Notes under the pieces: model-generated | Databases searched by the model: none | What the model saw: only the letters and a program-made list of their open reading frames with translations | What the model was told of the DNA's origin: nothing | In this document: in pieces, positions 47,319 to 56,458 of the stretch | How positions within the stretch are numbered: the stretch's first letter is position 1 | How the letters are laid out: every line of letters begins with the position of its first letter | Translations under genes and position numbers: made by a program | Assembly (NCBI GenBank): GCA_026413945.1 | Contig: JAOAJX010000002.1 | Location: 4,618 to 68,617 of the forward strand | Direction: 5' to 3' | Source: Candidatus Iainarchaeum sp. | GTDB lineage: Archaea > Iainarchaeota > Iainarchaeia > Iainarchaeales > DTGL01 | Length of the DNA: 64,000 bases

Positions 47319-48053
47319 ATGCTTGCGGATATTCATTGCCATCTTGATGAGTTTTCAAAGCCGGAAGATCAAATAAAAAATGCAGAAAAAATGGGAGTAT
47401 GCTTAATTCTTACCAATTCTGTTGATCTTAAAAGCATGCGAAAGAACATGGAAATTTCGGAAAAATTTCGTTCGGTAAAGTGTGCATTTGGTATTCATCC
47501 AAATGAGATAATTAAAATGACAAATGATGAAATCCTTTCAACTATCACCTTTATTGAAAAAAATATTTCGCTTTGCTCAGCCATTGGCGAAACCGGCCTT
47601 GACTTTAAGTACGCTAACGAAAGGCAAAAAGCACAGCAAAAATCTATATTTGCAAGACACATCGAAATAGCCAAAAATGCAAAAATGCCAATTATTGTGC
47701 ACTCGCGCATGGCACGTGAGGATTGCCTAAAAATCCTTGAGAAATATGAAGCAAGAAAGGTTGTGCTACATTGGTTTGTTTCTTGTGAAAATTTGCTTAA
47801 AAAAGCGATTTCGCTTGGTTATTATATCTCAATAGGACCAAGCGTGCTTTTTGAAAAGCATGTTCAAGAATTTGCTAAGCTTGTACCTGTGGAAAGCGTG
47901 CTTTTTGAGACAGACGCTCCGGTAGAATACAATGGAAAAAAATCCGAACCGGCTTGGATAAAAGATGTTGCTACTAAAGTTGCTGAAATAAGTGGTTTAA
48001 GCTATGGAGAGATTTGCCACATTGCGAAAAAAAATTTAGAGAAATTATTTTAG
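47319..48053 (+). CDS. tatD: TatD family deoxyribonuclease
   Basis: DIHCHL, GIHP, IGETGLD, HSR, LHW, FETDAP. Confidence 0.93.
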   Translation: MLADIHCHLDEFSKPEDQIKNAEKMGVCLILTNSVDLKSMRKNMEISEKFRSVKCAFGIHPNEIIKMTNDEILSTITFIEKNISLCSAIGETGLDFKYANERQKAQQKSIFARHIEIAKNAKMPIIVHSRMAREDCLKILEKYEARKVVLHWFVSCENLLKKAISLGYYISIGPSVLFEKHVQEFAKLVPVESVLFETDAPVEYNGKKSEPAWIKDVATKVAEISGLSYGEICHIAKKNLEKLF

Positions 48054-48100
48054 TCTGTTTTTGGCAAAACCTTTTATATGCCTTTTACCTAATAGTTTGC

Positions 48101-50800
48101 ATGGACTGGCATTCGATGAGTGCTTCTGATGTCCTAAAAGCCTTAAAAACAAGTTCTTCGGGCTTAACTGAAAGTGAAGTTGAGAGGCGCCTCTGCCAAT
48201 ATGGCAAAAATTTAATTGAGTCAGAGTACAAGATAAATCCAATAAAAATATTCCTCAAACAATTCACAGATTATTTGATTCTTATTCTAATTGCTGCTGC
48301 AGTTGTCTCATTCATAATGAGTTTACTTCCTGGCGGGGAAGGTCACGAGATTGATGCAATTCTAATTGCAATAATATTAATAGCAAATGCAACTATTGGA
48401 TTTTTTCAGGAATATAAAGCCGAAAAGAGCATTCTTGCGTTGAAAAAACTTGCTGCCCCTAATGCAGTAGTTTTACGTGAGGGTTTTGAAAAAATAGTGC
48501 CTGCGGAACTAATTGTACCAGGAGATATAATAGTTCTAGAAGCCGGATCAAAAGTCCCTGCAGACGCAAGGATTATCGAGCATGTAAATCTGCAAGTTGA
48601 CGAATCGATGCTAACCGGTGAAAGCATGCCTGTTTCAAAAGACTTGGAGGCGCTTCCAGAAGAAACTGTTTTGGCTGAGAGAGCAAACATGCTTTACATG
48701 AATACGTTCATAATCAGCGGCAAGGCAAAGGCGGTTGTTGTCGCCATTGGCAAGGAAACAGAAATAGGAAAAATCGCAAAGATGCTTTCAGAAGTGAAGG
48801 AAAGACCAACTCCATTTCAGGTTGAGGTTGATAAACTCGGAAAAGCAATTGGCCTTGGCGTAATTGCAATAATCTCTTTTGTGGCTGTTTTGCAATTTGC
48901 AGTAATAAATGACACTCCATTTGAGATCTTCTTAAGATCAGTTTCTTTAGCAGTGGCTGCAGTCCCGGAAGGTCTGCCAGTCGTTGTAAGTGTTGTGCTC
49001 ACTTTAGGGATAAGAAAAATGGCAAAGAAGAGAGCACTTGCAAGAAAGCTTCCTGTTGCAGAAAGCTTAGGATCTGTGAATGTAATATGTACTGACAAAA
49101 CTGGCACGCTAACAGAGAATAAAATGACTGTTAGGAAAATATATTTCAATGGCCATACATATGATGTTACTGGCACTGGTTACGACGAAAAAGGACATTA
49201 CAGTGGGGATAAAGCTATAGATGAAAATGAATTGAGGCCTTTGCTTCTTTGTGGTGTCCTTTGCAATGATGCAAAGGAGCACGTATTTCAAGATAAAAAA
49301 GAGTATTTTGGGGACCCGACTGAAATAGCCCTATTAATTGCAGCCAAAAAGGGGCATATAGAACCAGCTGTTGAAAATTCAAAAAATACACGCATTTACG
49401 AAGTACCCTTTACTAGTGAAAGGAAAATGATGAGTGTTGTTTGCAAAAGCAATAATGAACTAGTTGTTTATACCAAGGGGGCCCCAGAGATCTTGCTTGA
49501 GCATTGTAGCCATGTTTTTATAAATGGCAAGGAAGTAAAAATGACCACAGAAATAAAAGAAAAAATAATTAACGAGAACAAAGAGATGGCTAAAAATGCA
49601 TTGAGGGTTCTTGCCTTCGCTACTAAAAAAATTAGCGCTTTGGATCTCAACGAAAAAACTATTGAAAAAAATCTTGTTTTTTTGGGTTTGCAAGGTATGA
49701 TAGATCCACCAAGAGCCGGTGTCAAAGAAGCACTTGAGGATTGCAGAAGAGCTGGTATAAAAGTAATAATGGTAACCGGTGACAACCTTGATACTGCAAT
49801 TGCAATAGGAAAAGAGCTTGGCTTTAATGTCAAAAATGCTACAAGCAGCAAAGATCTTGAAAATATGGGTGATGAAGAACTAAAAAGCAAAATTGATTCA
49901 GTAGAGATTTTTGCAAGAGTTACACCAATACAAAAGGTAAGGATTGTGGATGCGCTACACGCTAAAAACTACATTGTAGCAATGACTGGTGATGGTGCAA
50001 ATGATGCTTTAGCTTTAAAAAAAGCTGATGTTGGCATTTCGATGGGCATACGTGGCACAGATGTTGCTAAAGAAGTAAGTGATCTTGTTTTGCTTGATGA
50101 CAATTTTGTCACTATAAGAGATGCTGTAGAAGAGGGTCGTGCCATATTCGACAACATAAAGAAGTTTGTGACTTACATGCTATCAGCAAACTTGGGCGAA
50201 GTACTTGTAGTTTTTTTCTTTACAATTATGCAATTATTCCACAGCTTTGGCGATAATGTCGCGATACTAACAGCAGCACAGCTATTGTGGATTAACATGC
50301 TAACAGACAGTATGCCAGCAATTGCACTCGGTCTAGACCCAGCTGCAAAGAATATAATGGAAAGAAAGCCGAGAAAAGCGGAGGAAGGTGTTATAGACCA
50401 AAAAGTTCTTTTCTCAATAATTAGCATAGGGCTTATTATGTCTGTAATTATACTTTTGACTTTTATGTATGCCTTCTTATATTCAACAGATAAAACAAAT
50501 CGTTTCTTAAGGGCGCAAACAATTGCTTTTACGAGCGTAGTCGTTTTTGAATTGGTGCGTGCAAATATTGTAAGAGCAAATTATAAAATAAACATACTCG
50601 CAAACAAATGGCTTTGGGCTTCTCTGATATTTGCTATGATTTTGCAATTTATTATATTGTACACTCCATTAAATACAGTTTTCAAAATAGTGCCATTGTC
50701 TTTCTACGACTGGCTTCTGATTTTAGTTTCTACTATAATATTTACAGCAATAATGTTTTTAGTCACCAAAGCAGAAAAAATAATTTTTGTTGGTGAGTAA
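48101..50800 (+). CDS. P-type ATPase, P2A (Ca2+-type)
   Basis: TGES, VPEGL, CTDKTGTLT, KGAPE, MVTGD, TGDGAND, INMLTD. Confidence 0.95.
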   Translation: MDWHSMSASDVLKALKTSSSGLTESEVERRLCQYGKNLIESEYKINPIKIFLKQFTDYLILILIAAAVVSFIMSLLPGGEGHEIDAILIAIILIANATIGFFQEYKAEKSILALKKLAAPNAVVLREGFEKIVPAELIVPGDIIVLEAGSKVPADARIIEHVNLQVDESMLTGESMPVSKDLEALPEETVLAERANMLYMNTFIISGKAKAVVVAIGKETEIGKIAKMLSEVKERPTPFQVEVDKLGKAIGLGVIAIISFVAVLQFAVINDTPFEIFLRSVSLAVAAVPEGLPVVVSVVLTLGIRKMAKKRALARKLPVAESLGSVNVICTDKTGTLTENKMTVRKIYFNGHTYDVTGTGYDEKGHYSGDKAIDENELRPLLLCGVLCNDAKEHVFQDKKEYFGDPTEIALLIAAKKGHIEPAVENSKNTRIYEVPFTSERKMMSVVCKSNNELVVYTKGAPEILLEHCSHVFINGKEVKMTTEIKEKIINENKEMAKNALRVLAFATKKISALDLNEKTIEKNLVFLGLQGMIDPPRAGVKEALEDCRRAGIKVIMVTGDNLDTAIAIGKELGFNVKNATSSKDLENMGDEELKSKIDSVEIFARVTPIQKVRIVDALHAKNYIVAMTGDGANDALALKKADVGISMGIRGTDVAKEVSDLVLLDDNFVTIRDAVEEGRAIFDNIKKFVTYMLSANLGEVLVVFFFTIMQLFHSFGDNVAILTAAQLLWINMLTDSMPAIALGLDPAAKNIMERKPRKAEEGVIDQKVLFSIISIGLIMSVIILLTFMYAFLYSTDKTNRFLRAQTIAFTSVVVFELVRANIVRANYKINILANKWLWASLIFAMILQFIILYTPLNTVFKIVPLSFYDWLLILVSTIIFTAIMFLVTKAEKIIFVGE

Positions 50801-51298
50801 ATGGATTTCTTCGAAGTTGTTAATAGAAGGTTTTCTGCAAGAAAATACTTACAAAAAAGCATGGATAAACACTTACTTGATACAATCCTAGAAACCGTAA
50901 CAAAAGCACCAAGTGCAGGAAACCTTAAAGCATATAAAATTCTTGCATTAAATAATAAAGAAATCAAGAGCGAACTTGCTAAAGCTGCATTTAACCAAAA
51001 TTTCATTTTTGAGGCACCTGTAGTTTTAGTTTTTTGCGCATTACCTGAAATAAGTTCGGCAGTATACGGCAAAAGAGGCGCAGAACTTTATAGCATACAA
51101 GACGCAACAATTGCTGCAAGCTATGCGCAGTTAGCTGCAACAGCAGTTGGTTTAGCGACATGTTGGGTTGGTGCGTTTGATGAAGATTTGGTCAAGAAGA
51201 TTCTCGGACTAGTTAATGAAAGGCCTATAGTTTTGATGCCAATTGGATTTGCCGCAGAAAATAAAATAAGCAAGAAAAATTATATAAAAAATAAATAA
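50801..51298 (+). CDS. nitroreductase family protein
   Basis: RRFSARKY, APSAGN, QDATIAA, GLATCWVGAF. Confidence 0.9.
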   Translation: MDFFEVVNRRFSARKYLQKSMDKHLLDTILETVTKAPSAGNLKAYKILALNNKEIKSELAKAAFNQNFIFEAPVVLVFCALPEISSAVYGKRGAELYSIQDATIAASYAQLAATAVGLATCWVGAFDEDLVKKILGLVNERPIVLMPIGFAAENKISKKNYIKNK

Positions 51299-51318
51299 AA
51301 GTTTAAGTAAAATCTAAA

Positions 51319-51351
51319 TTACTTCTTCTTTGCCTTCTTCTTTGCCGCCAC
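51319..51351 (-). CDS. candidate micropeptide MAAKKKAKKK
   Basis: GGGGGTGA-AGTG-GTG GCG GCA AAG AAG AAG GCA AAG AAG AAG TAA; BRE/TATA AAAACAA-TTAAATA at 51401-51414; T-rich tract downstream. Confidence 0.6.
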   Translation of the reverse strand: MAAKKKAKKK

Positions 51352-51445
51352 CACTTCACCCCCTTGCTAATTTAGATACACCAATAGATGTAAGAACAAC
51401 TATTTAATTGTTTTGGTAAGAAAACAAGTTTTGGGAGAAAAAAGT

Positions 51446-51465
51446 ATATGAAAAATTTTTCATAT
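51446..51465. repeat. perfect 20-bp palindrome ATATGAAAAATTTTTCATAT
   Basis: Directly visible, between the ABC operon 3' end and the micro-ORF promoter. Confidence 0.7.
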
Positions 51466-51475
51466 GTAAATTTTT

Positions 51476-52621
51476 TCATTCTGCCCTTAGCGCTTCAATT
51501 GGGTCAAACTTACTTGCCTTCCAAGCTGGGTAAAGCCCTGCAAACAAGCCTATAAGTACAGCAAAAAGAAAGGACTCAATAGCCAATGCTGGCGATATAT
51601 ACAATCTTACAGGTATTTTTCCATATAAATAATCAGCAATCAATACGCCAAACATAAGCCCTAGCACACCACCAAACACTCCAATTATGGTAGACTCATA
51701 GAGGATCATCTTTATTATTGTACCATTGGTCCACCCAGATGCTTTCAGAATGCCAATTTCCTTGTAGCGCTCCATAACGCTCATAAGCATTGTGTTGAGT
51801 ATGCCAACTGCAGCCACTAATGAGGCTATTGATGCAACAGCCATCACAAGTAGCCTGATGTTTCCTAAGACACCAGATAATGACTCAGTAAACTGGCTTG
51901 AACTCACTACACGATAATTGTCACCAAGCTTAAATTTTATAAGTTTTGCCATTTTTTCTGAATTTTCTGGATTTTCGAGTTCTACGCTTATCTGCGTAAC
52001 CTTATTCTTTGGAAAACTTATTAGGTCGCGCAATTCATCAATGTCCATCAGAATACCATAGTTGAATAGCTTTGAACCAGTTCTGTAAACACCAACGATA
52101 ACAAATTGCTTATCATTTATCTTTATTTTGTTTCCAACAAATTTTCGGTAATCATCAGATATGCCTTCCCCTATAACAACACTTCCTTTTTCACCCGGTT
52201 GTAGATTCCTGCCCTTAAGAATTTCGCCGGTTACTCCGCCGACTGTCTGACCGCTTTTTTCAAAAACCGTACCAAAAAGCCTTATGGTGCCGGTCATACT
52301 CATCGAACCCAGTGGTGTTTCCTTGCCATCTATGCTTCTAGTAAGCGCAGTTATAACCGGTGTTGCCTTTTTTATACCAGGCATTCTTCTCAATTCGTAA
52401 ACTATTTTTTCGTCAGTTTGCGCATATATTGGGCCATAAGCACTTCTTTCAAAAACAATTATGCCCTGAACCTGAGAAATTGTATTTTTTATCTCAAGAA
52501 AGAGACCATCTGCCAATGCAGTCATTAAGATTATCGCAAGTACTCCAACTGCTATCATTCCAACTGAAAGAAATGTTCGCAACTTTTTTCGTTGCAGGTT
52601 CATCAAGGCTGTCTTAAACAC
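51476..52621 (-). CDS. ABC transporter permease (MacB/FtsX/SalY type)
   Basis: RKKLRTFLS, GILNTMLMSVMERYKEIGILKASGW, FDPIEALR. Confidence 0.9.
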   Translation of the reverse strand: MFKTALMNLQRKKLRTFLSVGMIAVGVLAIILMTALADGLFLEIKNTISQVQGIIVFERSAYGPIYAQTDEKIVYELRRMPGIKKATPVITALTRSIDGKETPLGSMSMTGTIRLFGTVFEKSGQTVGGVTGEILKGRNLQPGEKGSVVIGEGISDDYRKFVGNKIKINDKQFVIVGVYRTGSKLFNYGILMDIDELRDLISFPKNKVTQISVELENPENSEKMAKLIKFKLGDNYRVVSSSQFTESLSGVLGNIRLLVMAVASIASLVAAVGILNTMLMSVMERYKEIGILKASGWTNGTIIKMILYESTIIGVFGGVLGLMFGVLIADYLYGKIPVRLYISPALAIESFLFAVLIGLFAGLYPAWKASKFDPIEALRAE

Positions 52622-52622
52622 C

Positions 52623-53315
52623 TTATCTTTCCTCCATTTTATCAATAAGGCCATCTTTTATGTAAAGAATTCTATTGCCATATTTTGTAAGGGACAAGTC
52701 ATGTGTTACTATTATGAAAGTTTTATTTTTTTCCTTGTTCATCTTTTGCAATGTATCCATTATTTGCATAGTTGTTTTGCTGTCAAGGTTTCCTGTTGGT
52801 TCATCAGCAAGTACAATTTTAGGATCGTTTATTAAGGCCCTTGCAATTGCTACTCTTTGTGATTCACCACCGCTAAGCTCTGTGGGTTTGTGGAACATTC
52901 TATGTTCAACACCCACTATTTTGAGCAACTCCTTGGCTCTCTTAATCTTTTCGATATCATCGATTTTAGTTGGCTCGAGAGGTAGCATTACATTTTCCAA
53001 GGCATTAAGAGTCGGAATCAAGTGAAAAGATTGGAATACAAAGCCAATGAATTTCCTCCTAAGCATAGCTAAGCCCCAATCGTCAAGTGTTTGCAAATCC
53101 TTTCCGTTTATAAAAACTTTTCCTGAGCTCGGTTTATCGAGAGCACCCATCAAATGCAACATAGTGCTTTTTCCGGAGCCACTAGGGCCTATTATCACAA
53201 TGAAGTCGCCTTCGTATACATCGAGGGTGACGCCGCAGAGTGCCTTTACTTTTACCTTTCCCATGGTGTATTCTTTACAGACATTTTTCATTTCAATAAC
53301 CTTTTTTTTAGGCAC
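52623..53315 (-). CDS. ABC transporter ATP-binding protein (LolD/MacB type)
   Basis: GPSGSGKST, LSGGESQRV, LADEPTGNLD, VTHD. Confidence 0.95.
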   Translation of the reverse strand: MPKKKVIEMKNVCKEYTMGKVKVKALCGVTLDVYEGDFIVIIGPSGSGKSTMLHLMGALDKPSSGKVFINGKDLQTLDDWGLAMLRRKFIGFVFQSFHLIPTLNALENVMLPLEPTKIDDIEKIKRAKELLKIVGVEHRMFHKPTELSGGESQRVAIARALINDPKIVLADEPTGNLDSKTTMQIMDTLQKMNKEKNKTFIIVTHDLSLTKYGNRILYIKDGLIDKMEER

Positions 53316-54450
53316 CCCTCATCGCCTCCACAGGATCCAGCTTTGCTGCTCGATATGCAGGATACGCTCCTGCAAATAAACCCACAAAAAATGCAAAAAG
53401 CGCAGCTTGGACAACTGAGTTTGTAGTTACTAGGGTTGGTATTCCAAAATAAGTGTCTATATAATGTGCTATTGCTATGCCGATAAATATTCCAATGAGG
53501 CCTCCAAGCAAACCCATAAATGCAGATTCTAGCAAGATCAATTTCATTATGCTCCAGCTAGTCCAACCGGATGCTTTTAAAGTGCCTATTTCTTTATAGC
53601 GCTCCATAACGCTCATCAGTATAGTATTAATTATGCCCATTGCCGCAACAAAAGCAGATATTGCTGCAATTGCAAATGCAACTATGTTAAAGTTTCCAAG
53701 CATGTTAGAGACGGTTTCAGAAAAATCGCTAGTTGCCATTGCTTCAACTTGAGAACCATATAAGAAATTTATAAGCTGTGCAACTTTTTTGTCTTCTTTT
53801 GGGTCTTCAAGTTCAACATAGAATGTGTTAACTTTATCTTTACTTATGCCTGCAAGTTCTCTAGCAACATCTATATCCATCACAATTATATTGCCATAAA
53901 GTTCAGACTCTGTCTTTAATATGCCCTTTACCTTAAACTGTTTCTCATTCACTCTTATATTGGAGCCTACAAACTTTTTTCTGTCATCAGCTATGTTTTT
54001 TCCCAAGAGAACATAACTTTTGTCATTGCTGCCTAGCATTTCGCCACGCTCTAATTCACCAATCCACCCAGAACCGCGAAGTTTTTTGTATTGTGCCGGA
54101 TCTATGCCATATATAAAGACAAAAGAAGACATTGAGGTAAACCTCAATGGTTGATTATCTATGGACTTTGGAGCAGCCCATATCTCAGAAACTACTGTTC
54201 TTACACCTTGCACATTTGTTAGCTTTTGCCCCAATGATTCTTCAAGCCTAGAAAAAGGCTGGTCCGCAACGCCTTTTTGCATTACCATTACGCCTTGAAA
54301 AGAGCCAAAAACAGAGGTCATCTCATTGTATATCCCGTCTATGACTGCAGTCAGTGTTATAAGCGCAGTTATGCCTATCACAATGCCCAGCACTGCTAAA
54401 AATGTCCTTATTTTTCTCCTGAAAAGGTTGAAGAAAGCTAACTTTATCAT
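53308..54450 (-). CDS. ABC transporter permease (MacB/FtsX/SalY type), second paralog
   Basis: RRKIRTFLA, GIINTILMSVMERYKEIGTLKASGW, LDPVEAMR. Confidence 0.9.
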   Translation of the reverse strand: MIKLAFFNLFRRKIRTFLAVLGIVIGITALITLTAVIDGIYNEMTSVFGSFQGVMVMQKGVADQPFSRLEESLGQKLTNVQGVRTVVSEIWAAPKSIDNQPLRFTSMSSFVFIYGIDPAQYKKLRGSGWIGELERGEMLGSNDKSYVLLGKNIADDRKKFVGSNIRVNEKQFKVKGILKTESELYGNIIVMDIDVARELAGISKDKVNTFYVELEDPKEDKKVAQLINFLYGSQVEAMATSDFSETVSNMLGNFNIVAFAIAAISAFVAAMGIINTILMSVMERYKEIGTLKASGWTSWSIMKLILLESAFMGLLGGLIGIFIGIAIAHYIDTYFGIPTLVTTNSVVQAALFAFFVGLFAGAYPAYRAAKLDPVEAMRGA

Positions 54451-54468
54451 CTTCTATCATCGGCCAAA

Positions 54469-55698
54469 TTAGAGCTTCCTTAAAGCAAGTTGTCTTATTA
54501 TCAGCTTTATTATGATATAAACAAGAACTAATATTATGATTATGAATACATAGTGCATGTATTGGCTTGGTTCTGGGGCTGCTGCAACATAAACAGAGTA
54601 GGCAGTATGCAACTTCTGCTCTTTTTGCATTTCATCGAGGTATGTTATTGTTATCTTTATTTCATGGTAGCCAATGGTTGCGTTTTTATCCACGCTCAAA
54701 TCAAAAATGGCTGATCCGGAATCCTCACTTTTTATTTCACCAATGTATGCGCTTTTGGAGCCAACAAGTGACGAATCGTTTTCTATATTCACTATGACCT
54801 TTTTTGCACTCTCTTTACCAAGATTATCAAGCTGCACTGCAAGTGAAATATTGTCACCTTGCATTATTTTTTTATCGTCTCTACCTGAAATTGAGTAATC
54901 TATGCCGGAGATTATAATGTCAGGTCTGCCGTATAAGTGTATGGAAAAAATCTGTGTCTTCGTTTCGCAGTCCCTACAGCCAGCGCTCAGTTTAAAGGCA
55001 TAAGTGCCTGGCTTTGATGCCTCGCTTGCAGTTATTTCAAATGCAATTTTTTTTGATTCTCCCACAGTCATATTTCCAAGTTCTTGCCTCATGTCTGACT
55101 GCAATATGAAGCCCGGCGCCGTATTTGCGCCCAAAATAGATAGCTCAGCATAAACATTTCTTGCTTCTAATGAGCCAGCATTTACTATATCTGCGCTTAT
55201 AACAATTTTATCACCAATATGTGGGAAATAATTTGAAGATCTTACGTTTGAGATAGAAACATCATATATGTCAGATATAAGCAAGTTTATGTACCTGTTG
55301 TCATTTATGTCAATAATACCACTTTTATATTTCATAAAAAGAGTTAAAGTATAAGTGCCAGAAGGCAAATCTCGCGGTGTATCAAAAACAAACACCACTG
55401 TTTTTTTCTCTTTCGGTTTTATGGCATCAACAATTTGTTCAACCGCACCTCTCTTAAACTGAGCTGGAAATAAAAGCTGAAGTTTAATATTTTCAGCAGT
55501 TGTGTAAAGCCCTATATTTTCTAGAGTTATGGCTAAGTTTACTGAATTGCCTGGATAAGCCACAGTTGGTTTCTGTAAAGTAGAATCAATTCTAAGTAGA
55601 TAATAAGGGTCTGCCGGCTGTTGTGCCAAGGAGATATTTGGATAGATAAGAACAAATAAAATTAATATCAAATAACTATGCTTACAGCTGCTTACCAT
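54469..55698 (-). CDS. COG1361-type S-layer-domain protein
   Basis: Signal peptide; repeated Ig-like CARDB modules (YPG..V.L.I.LEN.G; N.G...A.NV); C-terminal TM. Confidence 0.8.
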   Translation of the reverse strand: MVSSCKHSYLILILFVLIYPNISLAQQPADPYYLLRIDSTLQKPTVAYPGNSVNLAITLENIGLYTTAENIKLQLLFPAQFKRGAVEQIVDAIKPKEKKTVVFVFDTPRDLPSGTYTLTLFMKYKSGIIDINDNRYINLLISDIYDVSISNVRSSNYFPHIGDKIVISADIVNAGSLEARNVYAELSILGANTAPGFILQSDMRQELGNMTVGESKKIAFEITASEASKPGTYAFKLSAGCRDCETKTQIFSIHLYGRPDIIISGIDYSISGRDDKKIMQGDNISLAVQLDNLGKESAKKVIVNIENDSSLVGSKSAYIGEIKSEDSGSAIFDLSVDKNATIGYHEIKITITYLDEMQKEQKLHTAYSVYVAAAPEPSQYMHYVFIIIILVLVYIIIKLIIRQLALRKL

Positions 55699-55738
55699 CT
55701 TAATCACATTTAATTTTAACATGGGTATTATTTTAAAC

Positions 55739-55755
55739 ATATCGGAATCCGATAT
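55739..55755. promoter_or_regulatory. palindrome ATATCGGA-A-TCCGATAT, candidate PadR operator
   Basis: Perfect 8-bp arms between TTTTAAAC (55731) and the PadR ATG, in the divergent promoter. Confidence 0.6.
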
Positions 55756-55759
55756 AATT

Positions 55760-56278
55760 ATGCCTGAAAACGACTCCAAAATAATAAAAATGCTTTTCAA
55801 GGGACATCTTAAATATCTTGTACTAAAAGCACTAAAGCAAAAGAAATTGCATGGCTATGCTCTTGACAATGCATGTTTTGAGCTTACAAACCGCATGTGG
55901 AAGCCATCTTTCGGTTCCTTATACCCAGTGCTTGCAAAGCTTGAAAAAAACGGGCTTATAAGAAGCTCTGCTGAGAATAAGGGAAGAAAAATAAAGCAGT
56001 ATTCTTTAACTCGCAAAGGGAGAAGAGAGCTAGGCAAAATAGAAAAAAGCATGGACTGCTTAAAGCAGCTTGTAAAAGTAAAGGAAAGAACAAGAGAAAG
56101 CATAATAGAGGGCTTGTCTAAAGTGGCTTGCAAAGAGCTACAAAAACTACAAAAAAGCTTTCTTAGTCTCTCCATATTGGCAAATGAGGGAAAGCTTAGT
56201 AACAGTCAGATAAGAGAAATCCGTGCTGAAATGAACGAATTTAACAATAGAATAAAAGAGATAGCAAAAATGAGTTAG
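55760..56278 (+). CDS. PadR family transcriptional regulator
   Basis: LKYLVLKAL...LHGY, PSFGSLYPVLAKLEKNGLI, K.YSLTRKG. Confidence 0.92.
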   Translation: MPENDSKIIKMLFKGHLKYLVLKALKQKKLHGYALDNACFELTNRMWKPSFGSLYPVLAKLEKNGLIRSSAENKGRKIKQYSLTRKGRRELGKIEKSMDCLKQLVKVKERTRESIIEGLSKVACKELQKLQKSFLSLSILANEGKLSNSQIREIRAEMNEFNNRIKEIAKMS

Positions 56279-56337
56279 CTTTTATGCGATGCATTTTATA
56301 ATTTAGTTTAATACTATTTTATAGCACACCAATAAAT

Positions 56338-56421
56338 GCACGGGTGTCCGAGTGGCCAAAGGAGCAGGGCTTAGGACCCTGCGGCTTAGTGCCTTCCCAG
56401 GTTCGAATCCTGGCCCGTGCA
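56338..56421 (+). tRNA. tRNA-Leu(TAG)
   Basis: Anticodon arm CAGGG-CTTAGGA-CCCTG, long variable arm, GTTCGAAT. Confidence 0.96.
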
Positions 56422-56458
56422 TTTTAACTATAAATGAAAGAGAATGTAATGCGCACAG

